Source: Trichomonas gallinae
Lineage: Eukaryota
Length of the DNA stretch: 51,953 nucleotides
NCBI GenBank assembly: GCA_008369845.1
Contig: MRSU01004998.1
Coordinates: forward strand, 1 to 51,953
Direction: 5' to 3'
The translations under genes were made by a program, and so were the position numbers. Below the pieces are notes generated by a model. It was not told the DNA's origin. It saw nothing but the letters and a program-made list of their open reading frames with translations, and made no database searches. Positions 19,590 to 30,368 of this stretch are shown here, piece after piece (within the stretch, counting starts at the first letter, position 1; each line of letters starts with the position of its first letter).

Positions 19590-20204
19590 CTAACTCCAAA
19601 ACGAGTTTTCTTGCCCGTCAACCATTTCAATTTGATCCCAAATATCTGGCTTTTGCTCACTTTCGTTCTTTGCAGGACTTTGCTTCTCTTCTTCTCCTTC
19701 ATTCGAAGTTGAAGATGCAGATTCAGCCTGTTTTTCATCAACTACAGGTGCTACATTCGTTGGTCTGCGTCTAACAGACCATTTACGTAATTCTGATGTG
19801 TTTTCATTTAAAAACGGATATACCGATATTAAAGCATTAGCTGCTGCCAATCTTCCAAGTTTCTCTGTAAATCCTAATTTTTGGAAACTTCCATTAATCG
19901 ATGATTTGCATCTCGAAATCAATAATTTTAGCTGGTGCGTGTTGATCGCTAATCCTTCGGGTAACCATGCGATTCCGCACACAAGACATCTAAATCTGTC
20001 ATACTGGTCACCACGTATTGCGAACACGCGCACCGCTTCGATCGCTTCTGTGAAAGTTGCTATTCTCCTGTTTCTCTGGTTCTTGCTTTCGCTCGATGTA
20101 AGCGCCAGCCGCAGGCAGTTGTACTGATGGAGGTCTTGCTTAGTCAGCAGCCACCAGTAGAGAGGGGCTGTCTGGACCTGCTTCGCGGCGTCGCCGAAAG
20201 GCAT
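19590..20204 (-). CDS. Initiator-binding domain (IBD, IBP39-like) transcription factor
   Basis: YWWLLTKQD..QY..LR, RCLVCGIAW, LAINTHQLKLLISRCKSSINGSFQKLGF and ELRKWSVR are hallmarks of the parabasalid IBD family. Confidence 0.9.
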   Translation of the reverse strand: MPFGDAAKQVQTAPLYWWLLTKQDLHQYNCLRLALTSSESKNQRNRRIATFTEAIEAVRVFAIRGDQYDRFRCLVCGIAWLPEGLAINTHQLKLLISRCKSSINGSFQKLGFTEKLGRLAAANALISVYPFLNENTSELRKWSVRRRPTNVAPVVDEKQAESASSTSNEGEEEKQSPAKNESEQKPDIWDQIEMVDGQENSFWS

Positions 20205-20449
20205 TTTTCACGAGAGACCAATCGACTTCTCAATTTCTATTTTTTTGAGAGACGACTTTTTTGACAGCTCATTTCATCCCTTATTAATGCCTACATTTTC
20301 TAATTTGGTGACTTTGTTATATTCGAAAATTTTCTCAAAATTTTACGTGTTTGGTAAGGTATTCGGGTTTGTTATAAAAAGATGTTTGCGATTGTCGAAT
20401 CAAGTTGTAAAAATTTTGTATAGTTAACATAAAATAAATACAAAAAAAT

Positions 20450-22747
20450 TTAGAAAGGCATCCCATTGAAGTCTGAGAGAACATCCTCGACAGGCAGCTC
20501 TTTGACAGATGGTGCAGTGACCTTCTTTCCAATAATGTTTCTACGCTCGCCTTCGAGTGAAGGCGGTTTTGAAGGTTCCAACTCTTGCTTGGCGCTCAAC
20601 TCTTGTTCTATAGAGTTTTCTGGCGTGTTGTCTATGTTTGTCTCTAAGTGCGGAACAATCAGCGGCTCTGGTCTTTGCGTGTCAATTTTTCTTTCCTTTA
20701 TCTCCCTGACAACGCTATAGGCAATAGATGCTGCTTTTTCTTCCTCCTCCTCTTGCTCTTCCTCGTTGTTTTCTTTGCTGTCTTGTACTGGCACTTCTTC
20801 AACTTTAGTTTCCTGTCCTATTCTAGCCAGGGCCTCACATTCTTCTCTTGTCATAAATGATGGGAAAGATTGATCGTATTCAGACTCATAAATGAAGAAA
20901 GGCTTAGTTAGAACGGAGTCTTTTGCGTGAGTTTTAGGCCGAGTTAAAAGTGGAACACGACATTTTTCAGCGTCTTCTTTTCTAATGCGATTTTCTGCCA
21001 GCAGTTCTTCCACATCATTACGCATGAATGCCAACCTGATTTCTGAATTTGATGCTGCTGTAGCTAACTCTTCTAATGAAGGAAGAGTTACTGGCGATAG
21101 TCCATCTACAACTATTTGTCTGATCCGTGTCTTTGCCTTGAACAGCTTTGTGAGGAAAATCGCTCCTTCATCTCCACTTCTGCTGTTTGATATATCAAGA
21201 TGCGTCAGAGATGGGCAAGCTGCTGCTGCGACAACAAACGATCTCAGCAATCTACCTAAATACCTCTTTGAGGAAGAGCGGAGAATCAATGAGGCTAAGC
21301 TTTGAGGCTTCTTCTCTAAATAATGTAACGCATGCAAAGCAGCACGCGACTGACGCTCATGAAGGCAGCCTGAAAGAGCCAAAAACTGGAGGTCTGTGTT
21401 GTTTGCTAGGAAGTTGAATAGGGATTCATTGATCTCGTTGTCATTCCACGTGAAGGAAATTATGTTTGTTCTGGCACTTTTTTCAAACAGCGAGAGGACT
21501 GACTTCAACTCAGTTTTAGAGCAGTGTGCCGTTGCGAATGAGATTTTCTTTACCGAATCCTGCTTGAGGATCTTTGCAAGTATATTTCTCAGAGTGTTGT
21601 CAAGCCAAATGACTGAGTTCGCCGCGAAAGAAAAGAGTGAGGGAGGCAGAGAAAAGCCTGCATAAGGCATCAGCGTCGCTTTGTTCTTCGAAACGTTAAG
21701 GACTTTTAATTCGATCAAAGATGCGCTGTCTATCGCTGCTAATACATCATAGACTTCGAGGCCGCAGTTTTCAACGCTGAGCGCACAAATGTTCTTCGCA
21801 CTGCGTAAGAAGCTGAGATCAATGTTCTGGATGTTATCGAACGACAGGAATTTCAGTGATGCAGATAAATTTAGTTTGAAAAAGCTTCTTTCGAAAGATT
21901 CAGGAAGTGAAGTGTTCTTAAGTTTGAGAGAAGGGATCTTGAGCGTGGCGTATATGTCATATATAGCAGATATATCATCATCCGAGAGAGGAAAACATGA
22001 AAATGTGATGCCACTGAGTTTTGAAGGATGTAATTGTGAAAGTGTTTGAGAAAACTTTCTGAGACTACCAGATTGACGTGTAGATATTTCAATGTGCTGA
22101 AATTTGAGTAATAATTCGCCAATCCCTATTAGAAACTTAAATATATCTGTTTTCCCATATTCGTGAATTGAGATTTTATTTACCCATGGGCATATTTCTG
22201 TTGCATATATGAGTGGTCCTATCGAGTGCAAAGGGTCCGAGAAGATACTTGAATCTAAGATTTTTATTTGCCTGGCAAGAAATTCACGCATTATATCGAT
22301 ATTTTTCGGTGAAATATTAATTTTATTCATATTACAATATTCTATGAAGCGTATTATTGCTGCAGGGCCGCATTTGCTGAATTTTGGATTCAGAAAATGC
22401 TCTGAGTTAAGACCAGCAAGTTCTAATGGTGAAAGTATTTGTTCAAGACAATGATCGATGTTTTCAATAATTTCTTGAAGATTTTTTGATGAGATTGAAA
22501 ATCTGATGTTGAATTTGATGTCTATTTGGTTGCTTTGTGGGTTGTAATACTTTATTTGCAGCCATGGATATGTTCCTGATATCTTTTCTGTCCTAGGATT
22601 GTAGAAATAAAGATTGTAATCCGTTATCATAATGATTGAAGGAGATTTTGCAACAGAAATTGAGTTTTGCTGGCATTCTGTCATATAAATAAGTTGATGA
22701 CCTGCTTCTTTGACCAGAGCAGCAGCTTTTTTCTTCTCCTCTTCCAT
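20450..22747 (-). CDS. CARMIL-like leucine-rich repeat protein (PH-like N-terminus plus RNI-type LRRs)
   Basis: LRRs such as LKVLNVSKNK, LQFLALSGC and LTHLDISNSRSGDEG; N-terminal IMITDYNLYFY...YPWLQI; acidic C-tail. Confidence 0.7.
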   Translation of the reverse strand: MEEEKKKAAALVKEAGHQLIYMTECQQNSISVAKSPSIIMITDYNLYFYNPRTEKISGTYPWLQIKYYNPQSNQIDIKFNIRFSISSKNLQEIIENIDHCLEQILSPLELAGLNSEHFLNPKFSKCGPAAIIRFIEYCNMNKINISPKNIDIMREFLARQIKILDSSIFSDPLHSIGPLIYATEICPWVNKISIHEYGKTDIFKFLIGIGELLLKFQHIEISTRQSGSLRKFSQTLSQLHPSKLSGITFSCFPLSDDDISAIYDIYATLKIPSLKLKNTSLPESFERSFFKLNLSASLKFLSFDNIQNIDLSFLRSAKNICALSVENCGLEVYDVLAAIDSASLIELKVLNVSKNKATLMPYAGFSLPPSLFSFAANSVIWLDNTLRNILAKILKQDSVKKISFATAHCSKTELKSVLSLFEKSARTNIISFTWNDNEINESLFNFLANNTDLQFLALSGCLHERQSRAALHALHYLEKKPQSLASLILRSSSKRYLGRLLRSFVVAAAACPSLTHLDISNSRSGDEGAIFLTKLFKAKTRIRQIVVDGLSPVTLPSLEELATAASNSEIRLAFMRNDVEELLAENRIRKEDAEKCRVPLLTRPKTHAKDSVLTKPFFIYESEYDQSFPSFMTREECEALARIGQETKVEEVPVQDSKENNEEEQEEEEEKAASIAYSVVREIKERKIDTQRPEPLIVPHLETNIDNTPENSIEQELSAKQELEPSKPPSLEGERRNIIGKKVTAPSVKELPVEDVLSDFNGMPF

Positions 22748-23165
22748 TGTGCGTTAGGACGATAGATTTTGTTTATTTTTGATAAATCATTGCGTTGTCA
22801 TTTATCAATAACTATCTATAGTTTTATCATGATAATAGAATATGTTAATTTATATCTCAAGCACTATCATTATGCTGAGTTAGAGAAATCATTTATTATG
22901 GGTTCATGTATTATGTCGACTTAGATTTTTTTATCATTTTTCGAAGATTTTTTTTCTTTTTTTTTTTGGGCAAACGAGATATTTGAGATTTATTATCAAT
23001 GGATGATATTATGATTGAATTAAAAACTAAAGAAAATCTTTAATTATTTGCAATAATTATCAATTTTGTAATGTGAACGACTAGAAAAGTGGAATATTGC
23101 TATAATTGTATTTAAAATGCATGGTAATGAGATAATATATTTATACAAAACAAAATTATATAAAA

Positions 23166-24197
23166 TTATTGGGAAATGTTTTTCAGTGACTCTATTTCCT
23201 TCTCGAGTGCCTCTTTTTCTCGTTTGAGGTAAAGAATGACATTTGATGAACTGTCACGGATTGCATTAATACTTCTTTGATGATCCTGTTCGGAGAGCTG
23301 GATTTTAGTTTCTAGATTTTTAATTTTTGTGAGTAGTTCTGACTTTTCATCGTCAAAGAATGCTTTTTGCGCCGTTAATTCAATTAATTCAATATTTTGC
23401 CGTGAGTTAATAGAATCAAGAACGCGAATCTTAGAGTTGTTGGCTTCATTTTCCTTTTGTAAAGTGCGAATTTGTTCGCTCAGTATCGAGATTGTTTGGA
23501 CCATCGATCTGTTTTTTTCTTTGATCGATTTGAACTCATCTGATGATTCTTCGGATGTTTTTGGCTGTTCATCCTTATTCTTGCGTTTCTGCTTCAATAA
23601 AGCAGTGAGATGAGTAATGATCTTTTTCATCTGTTTATTATCGCTAGTTAATTTATCTAGCAGTTCTTGGTTCTGAGGATCGCTTGATTCGTGGTATTTT
23701 TGGTTAATTGACTTTAGCCGAGTAATTTCTGACTGTAATTGTTCAATTTTTGTCTCGTATTCTTTTCTTTCTTCGGAAAATGAATCCATTAGCTCTTCGA
23801 TTTTGCTTGATGCTGAGGCTTTATGCAATTTTGCAATCAGAATTTCTAATCTGTGGTTTCTGTTTTGCAGCAACTTGTTTGTCGCCTCATATTCATCTGT
23901 AATTTGCACTATTTTCTCTTCTAATTCTTGGATTTTACTTTTTGAACTTTCTTTTACATGATTTAATTCTTCTTCAATCAGGCCTTTTTCATGTTTGAGC
24001 CTCTGACATTTCTCAGCTAGTTCCGTTGCTGTTAATTCTTCTTTTGTATCCTCCAATCGCGAACTCAGCTGGAATTCGCTAAGTTTGAGTCGTGAGATCT
24101 CTTCTTCAACAATTGCATCAGTCAGTTCAGACGCACTCCACGCGCCCTTTCCTTTCTGCTTCGGACTTTGAAGCCGAGAAAGCTGTGAACGATACAA
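23166..24197 (-). CDS. Coiled-coil protein (343 aa from TTG); start codon uncertain
   Basis: Continuous heptad-rich ORF. The first in-frame ATG is at 23789 (codon 137), yet the upstream part is equally coding-like. Confidence 0.65.
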   Translation of the reverse strand: MYRSQLSRLQSPKQKGKGAWSASELTDAIVEEEISRLKLSEFQLSSRLEDTKEELTATELAEKCQRLKHEKGLIEEELNHVKESSKSKIQELEEKIVQITDEYEATNKLLQNRNHRLEILIAKLHKASASSKIEELMDSFSEERKEYETKIEQLQSEITRLKSINQKYHESSDPQNQELLDKLTSDNKQMKKIITHLTALLKQKRKNKDEQPKTSEESSDEFKSIKEKNRSMVQTISILSEQIRTLQKENEANNSKIRVLDSINSRQNIELIELTAQKAFFDDEKSELLTKIKNLETKIQLSEQDHQRSINAIRDSSSNVILYLKREKEALEKEIESLKNISQ

Positions 24198-24214
24198 AAG
24201 GAAGTGTCACTTTT
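24197..24214 (-). promoter_or_regulatory. AAAAGTGAC (M2-like) plus CCTTT (M5-like) promoter motifs
   Basis: The minus strand reads AAAAGTGACACTTCCTTT directly at the TTG that opens the ORF. Confidence 0.45.
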
Positions 24215-24252
24215 TGATTAAATTTTTACATACAAACATACAAACAAAAAAG

Positions 24253-25875
24253 TTATGCCCTCCTTTGGTAGATGAGGATGTAAGCATTGCCTTGGTGAAC
24301 TGCTGACTGATCGACTTCTTTGACACATTCGTCATCAAAAATGTGCCACTGATTTGTTAACTGCGATAATGCAGCGCATGTGTAATGCTCGAGTAACACA
24401 TTCTTGTGATAGTAGACTACGCCAATTAGCTTGTACACGCCGCCATTTTCGCCAGAGACGTACTTCCTCATGTCGAGGTCGTCGGGGAAGAGGAGGGACG
24501 TCATCACCGCGCCGCCAGCCACCTCGAATCTCTTCATCTGCAGAAGTAGGACAGGCGGGCACATTTTCACTCTTGTTGTCTTCGCAGCATCGACACCCTT
24601 CTTGCAGTGCGGACATTTCCATTTGTTGTCGCCGGACAAAAAGTCCTGGTTGCCGAACTCTCTGATCGAGTCTTCGAGGTTGACCTTCGAGAAGAAAGAC
24701 GACTTTATCGGAAGCTGGAGGAATATAAATGGTTCACCTTTTTCCACTGCGTTCCCGCACTCGCTGCATACTATAGTGCTCTGCAGCTCGCCATGGAATG
24801 TGTCAACGATGAACGAAGAGTTCTTCGCAACGTGAATTTTCCACGGATCTTCCTCGCCTTCTGGCGCAGTGCACGATGAGTTCCTGTTCGTGTCTTCGTG
24901 CAGCATGTCTAGGATGTCTAGCATTGCCTCAGCTGCATCGTGCTCGTCGTAGTTCGCGTACTTCCTGAACTTCGAGCAGAGGCTTTCTCTCAGCTGCGAA
25001 GGCGAGAAAACACTGCTTTTACTGCCCGAAAGCACTGTTAGAGTATTCTTAAAGGCAGTCGCAACCTTGCCTCCACTTCCTTTTCTGTTGGACATGTTTA
25101 AAGAGTCGTTAAAAGATGGAGAGAGAACGTAGTCTGTGAGTTTTTTGATTCTGATTAAACATTGAACTGCAGCATTGAAATAGCAGGTGTTCCCTAAGTT
25201 TTTGAAACCTGCTTCGTAAATGTTTACATGCTGTGGTAAAATTTCTTGTGTTTTTAATTGATTTTCGCGAGGTGGATTTTCGATGGTTGTATTATTTCGA
25301 TTACATCTTAATAATTGAAGAGAACCTGGGTATTTTTCGACTATTTCACTTACTTTTGTATCTGAAACTATCTCATTCGCTGAATTCGGTGTCATCAATT
25401 TGTAAGACTGGGAATCCAGATTAATTGCTTGACATAATTGCGTGATTATTGGACCAATTTTCCATTTCTTGTCACACATTTTCTTGACTTCCTTAAAATT
25501 TTCGATATTTATTTTGATATTTACAGGATCCAAAATTACGTGTGGCTTTCGTGTTTCTGGATCTAATCCGTAGAATTTTTCGATCTTGTTTGTCTTCCCG
25601 AAGACTTGTTCAATGAGCGGCCATACGTCTTTCTCGACAACCTCGAAGTCTATCTTGTATTGAAGTCTCATGTTGAGGCATCCATTGATTAACAAACCTT
25701 TGTTGTTGATATTCGGCGGCGGTGTAAGAGATTTTTCGTTTATCCATTTAATTAGAGACTTATGCCAATCAGAATCAACTAAACAGACATTGCGTCCTTT
25801 AGTTTCGGCAGCCAAGTCAACCAAACGGCTTTTTTTCTCTTTAAATTCTTTCCAGTAAGTTTGAACTCGACTCAT
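24253..25875 (-). CDS. Ubiquitin-specific protease (peptidase C19) with N-terminal DUSP and UBL-like region
   Basis: Cys box GFKNLGNTCYFNAAVQCL, EHDAAE, CxxC pairs (CSEC, CPHC), LLQMKRF, HYT...WHIFDD; DUSP-like LVDSDW...PPNINN. ATG 25875 is preferred over 25908, which adds an AT-rich leader. Confidence 0.9.
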   Translation of the reverse strand: MSRVQTYWKEFKEKKSRLVDLAAETKGRNVCLVDSDWHKSLIKWINEKSLTPPPNINNKGLLINGCLNMRLQYKIDFEVVEKDVWPLIEQVFGKTNKIEKFYGLDPETRKPHVILDPVNIKINIENFKEVKKMCDKKWKIGPIITQLCQAINLDSQSYKLMTPNSANEIVSDTKVSEIVEKYPGSLQLLRCNRNNTTIENPPRENQLKTQEILPQHVNIYEAGFKNLGNTCYFNAAVQCLIRIKKLTDYVLSPSFNDSLNMSNRKGSGGKVATAFKNTLTVLSGSKSSVFSPSQLRESLCSKFRKYANYDEHDAAEAMLDILDMLHEDTNRNSSCTAPEGEEDPWKIHVAKNSSFIVDTFHGELQSTIVCSECGNAVEKGEPFIFLQLPIKSSFFSKVNLEDSIREFGNQDFLSGDNKWKCPHCKKGVDAAKTTRVKMCPPVLLLQMKRFEVAGGAVMTSLLFPDDLDMRKYVSGENGGVYKLIGVVYYHKNVLLEHYTCAALSQLTNQWHIFDDECVKEVDQSAVHQGNAYILIYQRRA

Positions 25876-26143
25876 TGATAAAAAAAGAAATAAATTTTTA
25901 TATTTCATATTTTTTATTTTTTTAAATTTTGCATGCGAAAAACCATAAATTTCGAAATAATGAATATATAAAAATCAACAATAATAGTCATTATAATCAT
26001 ATTTATGATAAAATATAAATAACATACCAAATTTTGATTAAATCTCAATGAGAAGGAAGTTTTAAGAACTGAAGCAAACATATGATATAAAAACATGATT
26101 AATCCAACAAAGTTTCAATTACAACATCAAACAAAAATCAAAA

Positions 26144-27256
26144 ATGAATGCATCTTCTCTGCGTATTTATGCTGATGCTTACGATATAAATCAAAGAACA
26201 AAGGTTATAAACTTCGATCTGGCGCTTAAAGCAACATATTCACGCATAAACAGGGCAGAAATTTCATTTGATATAGCAAAGAACACTGTTGAATCAGTTG
26301 ACTATATTAATGAAGGCATAAAATCAAAAATTAATGTAATTACTGCATCAAATTTAGTCGAATACCAAACAATTTTTTATGAATCACTGATTGAACAAAA
26401 CAAAACCATTAAGGAACTGGTAAAATCTCTTGAAGATAAAATAGATCATGTTAAAAATGAAATAAATGAGCTTAAAATAGCTGAATCAGAATTATTCAGA
26501 AAAATTCAATTTTGCAAAGAAAATCTTCTTAAACTCAGGAATAACAAATCAATAATTAACTCAAAACTGTTTGATTTGTCATTGCGATTAGAAATAAGTT
26601 CCAAACAAGTCAAGAGTAATGTTGAATTCTTAGTTCAATCACAATCTGAAATTGAAAAGATTAAATTAACAAGAGAGCAGATATTATGCAAATTGACTTC
26701 TGTGACAGAGTTGGTTACTTCAAATACGAATCAAATTAATTATTTTTACAATCTATTAACTGCGAAATCAATTTTCATTAATTTTCCATGCAGAAACGCT
26801 AATAACAACAGGAAAACAATCGATTATACTGAGTTAAATGCTGCTAAGAATGAATACTCTTCAATATGCGATTCAATCATTTCAATTTCTCATGATTATT
26901 CAATATTGGATGAGGAACTTCGTGTAAAACATAATGCAGTTGATTCAGTGCTTTATTTTATCGATGAAGAAGAAAATAGAAATGGAAATTTACAAAATTA
27001 TAACGATGGCTTGAATAATTCCATTCAATCATTAAATAATCAAATAAATAGAACAAATATCGAACAAGCAGCTGCAGAAAAGGATCTTGAGCGTATTCTG
27101 GCTCAGATTGATGAATTAAAACCCCCAAATCTGAAGTCACATACAGATATAATCACTAACCTTGATAACGAAGCCGAAAAACTTCAAAAAGAAATTGATG
27201 ATCTTAAACTGAAGAAAAAGTTCAAAAAGAATAGAATCTTCAAGAATTCTTTCTAG
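26144..27256 (+). CDS. Coiled-coil hypothetical protein (370 aa), possibly 3'-truncated
   Basis: Intact ORF rich in N/I/K/E heptads; ends in a Lys-rich tail typical of a frameshift read-out. Confidence 0.65.
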   Translation: MNASSLRIYADAYDINQRTKVINFDLALKATYSRINRAEISFDIAKNTVESVDYINEGIKSKINVITASNLVEYQTIFYESLIEQNKTIKELVKSLEDKIDHVKNEINELKIAESELFRKIQFCKENLLKLRNNKSIINSKLFDLSLRLEISSKQVKSNVEFLVQSQSEIEKIKLTREQILCKLTSVTELVTSNTNQINYFYNLLTAKSIFINFPCRNANNNRKTIDYTELNAAKNEYSSICDSIISISHDYSILDEELRVKHNAVDSVLYFIDEEENRNGNLQNYNDGLNNSIQSLNNQINRTNIEQAAAEKDLERILAQIDELKPPNLKSHTDIITNLDNEAEKLQKEIDDLKLKKKFKKNRIFKNSF

Positions 27257-27719
27257 AATTATAGAACTTCACATACTTCTAGTCTGTACCCAACTGAAAT
27301 AAACACATAACTTTAAGGAATATTATCGGTGAATACTAGATAACCTCTTTCATTGAATGAAGCTATTGAAAAACAAATTTAAGTATTGTATAACACAATG
27401 TACCATACAATAATTGTTCAAAATCAAATAAAATTTTTCCGGATTTGATTTTGATCAAAAATCGGTTCTTGATCGCATTGCAATATCATTCTTCATGACA
27501 AAATAAACTGTTTTTCGCGATTGGAGAAAAATATAACAAACGACATTCAATTTGTTTTGATTTCGTAATTTGAGTGAGTGTCACTTTTATCATATAAATT
27601 TTCCTCTCAAAAATTTCGGTTAAATTTATTAACATTTAACGCATTTTCGACCGTATAATTATTTTACGCAAGCTGAAATTGAATTCCGCTAAGTCTTTGT
27701 GAACTTTACATATTTTTCA

Positions 27720-28427
27720 ATGGCCCTTATCTGCGCAACTGAGCGCTGCACAGTCAATGGAGGAATATTCATGCCTGGACACGAAGAGGATTGCAGAGCA
27801 TACACAGAAGCCCTCATTGACAAAGTGAATGATGAAGAGGATAAAGAATGTTTGAAATATGAGCGAAAACTCTTCCAAGCACATCCTTTACACGGTGTTT
27901 CAATCGGAAAGGACTGCCCAGATATTGTTGCCGCTATTATCGAGATTCCAATGGGCTCTCGTGTCAAAACAGAACTCGATCAAAAAACTGGCCTGTTGTG
28001 CGTAGACAGAATTCTTCATTCTTCTACTGTGTATCCAGCAAACTACGGTTTTATTCCAGAAACATTGGCCGGTGATACAAATCCGTTGGACATTGTCGTA
28101 CTTTGCTCTGTTTCAGTTCCTGCCAGGTCGATAATGCATGTAAGGCCAATTGGAATTGTTGGTATGACAAACAACGGAAGGATTGATGAGAAAGTTATTG
28201 CTGTTTCTATTGGTGATCCTGAATACAATTTTTACACTGACATAGATCAGCTCCCTCCATTTAAATTGATCATGATCAACCAGTTTTTCATTGATTACAA
28301 GAAATTAGAGCGATCAAACGTAATTGTCAAAAAGCCAAAATCTGCAGATGTTGCCAAACGCGTCATTTGCGACTATCACGAAAGCTACCTGAAGCAGTTT
28401 GAGGGTCCTGCCGCTAATACACAATAA
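27720..28427 (+). CDS. Family I soluble inorganic pyrophosphatase-like protein (235 aa), active site altered
   Basis: HPLHGV, IEIPMGSRVKTELD, VDRIL..STVYPANYGFIPETL, PLDIVV, DEKVIAV, FFIDYK. First ATG at 27720. Confidence 0.92.
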   Translation: MALICATERCTVNGGIFMPGHEEDCRAYTEALIDKVNDEEDKECLKYERKLFQAHPLHGVSIGKDCPDIVAAIIEIPMGSRVKTELDQKTGLLCVDRILHSSTVYPANYGFIPETLAGDTNPLDIVVLCSVSVPARSIMHVRPIGIVGMTNNGRIDEKVIAVSIGDPEYNFYTDIDQLPPFKLIMINQFFIDYKKLERSNVIVKKPKSADVAKRVICDYHESYLKQFEGPAANTQ

Positions 28428-28979
28428 AGTTTGTTGTTTAATTATCGTCAAAAATCTCGTATTATTTTTGCCAAATAATTTATAAACGTCAGAATTTTTT
28501 TAATTTTTATATACAATTAAAAGTTCTTTGCCGGATTTTAATCAAGAATACATGCATAGCGGGTGCTTATTTACATGATTAGCCGACTATAAATTTCTAC
28601 CCATGTAGACGAAATTTATTTTTTACAATGACATTTGCAATATTTTAATTCAATATTTTATCAAAAGTGGATAATATTTTTCATCAACACGCTTATGGGT
28701 ATAATATTTTCAACAAAATAACCAGCTGTCAGAACATGCATTTTCAAAAGTCATTAAACGCGAGACAATTTTGTGAAAATATATTTTTCAGACAAAAATA
28801 CCATACATACATATTGCAGCAATTTTTATATAAAAAGTTAATTTAATTTGATCATGAATGACAGGGCGAATAAACATGCATCTCGAATATTACTGACGCT
28901 CTTTAACATGTTTACTCTTATAAATTTTGTTGATTGGTTTTTTGGTCAAAAAGATTTTAGAAGGTATATCAAAATTTTA

Positions 28980-29849
28980 ATGTCGATTTTTCGTTATGAC
29001 CTTGTTCAGCAGATTGGGAGTGGATCTTATGCAAAGGTGTACCTTGCTGTTGATAAAAAGAGCCGAAAGAAGGTTGCTATTAAGGCCATTAGCAAAAATA
29101 TGCTAAATTCAGAATCAAGACTTGAACAACTCGGCCGCGAGATTCATGTACTTCAGAACGCACATCATCCTTATATACTCAAATTGTTTGAAGTTTTAGA
29201 AGATCAATGCAACGTATATCTTGTTCAGGAGTATATTAACCATGGGACACTACTAGACTACTTCAACAGCAGAAAGACAGTTCCAGAAGACAAAATTAAG
29301 AAGTTTACTTATCAGATTATTTCAGCCGTTCAATATCTTCACGATATACTACATGTTACACATCGTGATCTTAAACTTGAGAACATATTAATTGATGCCC
29401 ACGAGAATATCCGGATAATAGACTTCGGCCTCTGCTCGGTACATCGTCACAGGACAAAAATGCATAAGATTTACGGCACTCCTGATTATTTAGCCCCTGA
29501 GGTTATTAGTGGACAGAAATATACCGATTCTGTTGACGTATGGGCAATTGGTGTAATGCTTTATGCAATGACGCACAGTTGCTTACCATTTAATGGAGAA
29601 TCAATCGAGGAACTGTTTCATAATATCACTCACAGTGATGTTGTCTATGACAGTGATGTATCACCAGACTTAGTTGATCTTTTATCATCACTGCTTCACA
29701 AAAATCCAGCAGGAAGAATTACACTTGAAGGAGCAATGAACCATCAATGGTTTATTACTGAATTTAATTCAGAAAGTCTCATTGAAAATTGTATATCGAG
29801 TGAGATTCTTAATCTTACTCCAATATACCAAGAGATCATGGCTTTCTAA
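28980..29849 (+). CDS. CAMK-group (AMPK/SNF1-like) Ser/Thr protein kinase, 289 aa
   Basis: GSGSYA, VAIK, HRDLKLEN, DFG, GTPDYLAPE and DVWAIG are all intact. ATG 28980 sits just before subdomain I. Confidence 0.93.
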   Translation: MSIFRYDLVQQIGSGSYAKVYLAVDKKSRKKVAIKAISKNMLNSESRLEQLGREIHVLQNAHHPYILKLFEVLEDQCNVYLVQEYINHGTLLDYFNSRKTVPEDKIKKFTYQIISAVQYLHDILHVTHRDLKLENILIDAHENIRIIDFGLCSVHRHRTKMHKIYGTPDYLAPEVISGQKYTDSVDVWAIGVMLYAMTHSCLPFNGESIEELFHNITHSDVVYDSDVSPDLVDLLSSLLHKNPAGRITLEGAMNHQWFITEFNSESLIENCISSEILNLTPIYQEIMAF

Positions 29850-30368
29850 TCTTATCATCATCTCTTTGTTTGTATTTTATGTTAAATCTATCTGTCTTTA
29901 TTTATTTTCTTTATTGATTATCAGTCATAATCGTTTAACAGATTTTATACATCCCATATAATATAACTTCAATACTATTGAAAATAATTCATTGCAATAA
30001 GCGTCTTGCTGCAATTTTAATTTAAATTTTAAATATATCTATTTTTAATAGGTATGCTTTAATAAGTTCCTCTTATGAGAGTAGCGATGGTGTATTTTAG
30101 ATATGTAAAATAAAGAAATAAATTTTCAAAATTAAAAATATCGAAATTGTAGCTAATATGCTCATGAAAAACACAATTAAAATCATCATTATGCAATAGT
30201 GAATGTGTGATAAACGAAAATTTTGAATATGAATTTCAATTTTGTATTAGTATCTCATCAATTATATAATATTATATGCAAACATAGACTGTATTGAAAG
30301 AAGTAAGTCAAACGGCGGCTACTGATTTTAGGACTGATGATGCGAAGAATTTTGCTCATGATAAATAT

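Noticed and set aside
8806..24197. Link between tRNA-Leu(CAA), which reads UUG, and the TTG-opening ORF
   Set aside because: Near-cognate initiation normally uses initiator tRNA-Met; co-occurrence 15 kb apart is uninformative.
28848..28979. Longer N-termini from TTG/GTG or upstream starts (kinase, PPase 27699, transporter 13995, membrane protein 32805)
   Set aside because: Eukaryotic locus; the extensions are AT-rich UTR-like sequence and downstream ATGs fit the domain boundaries.
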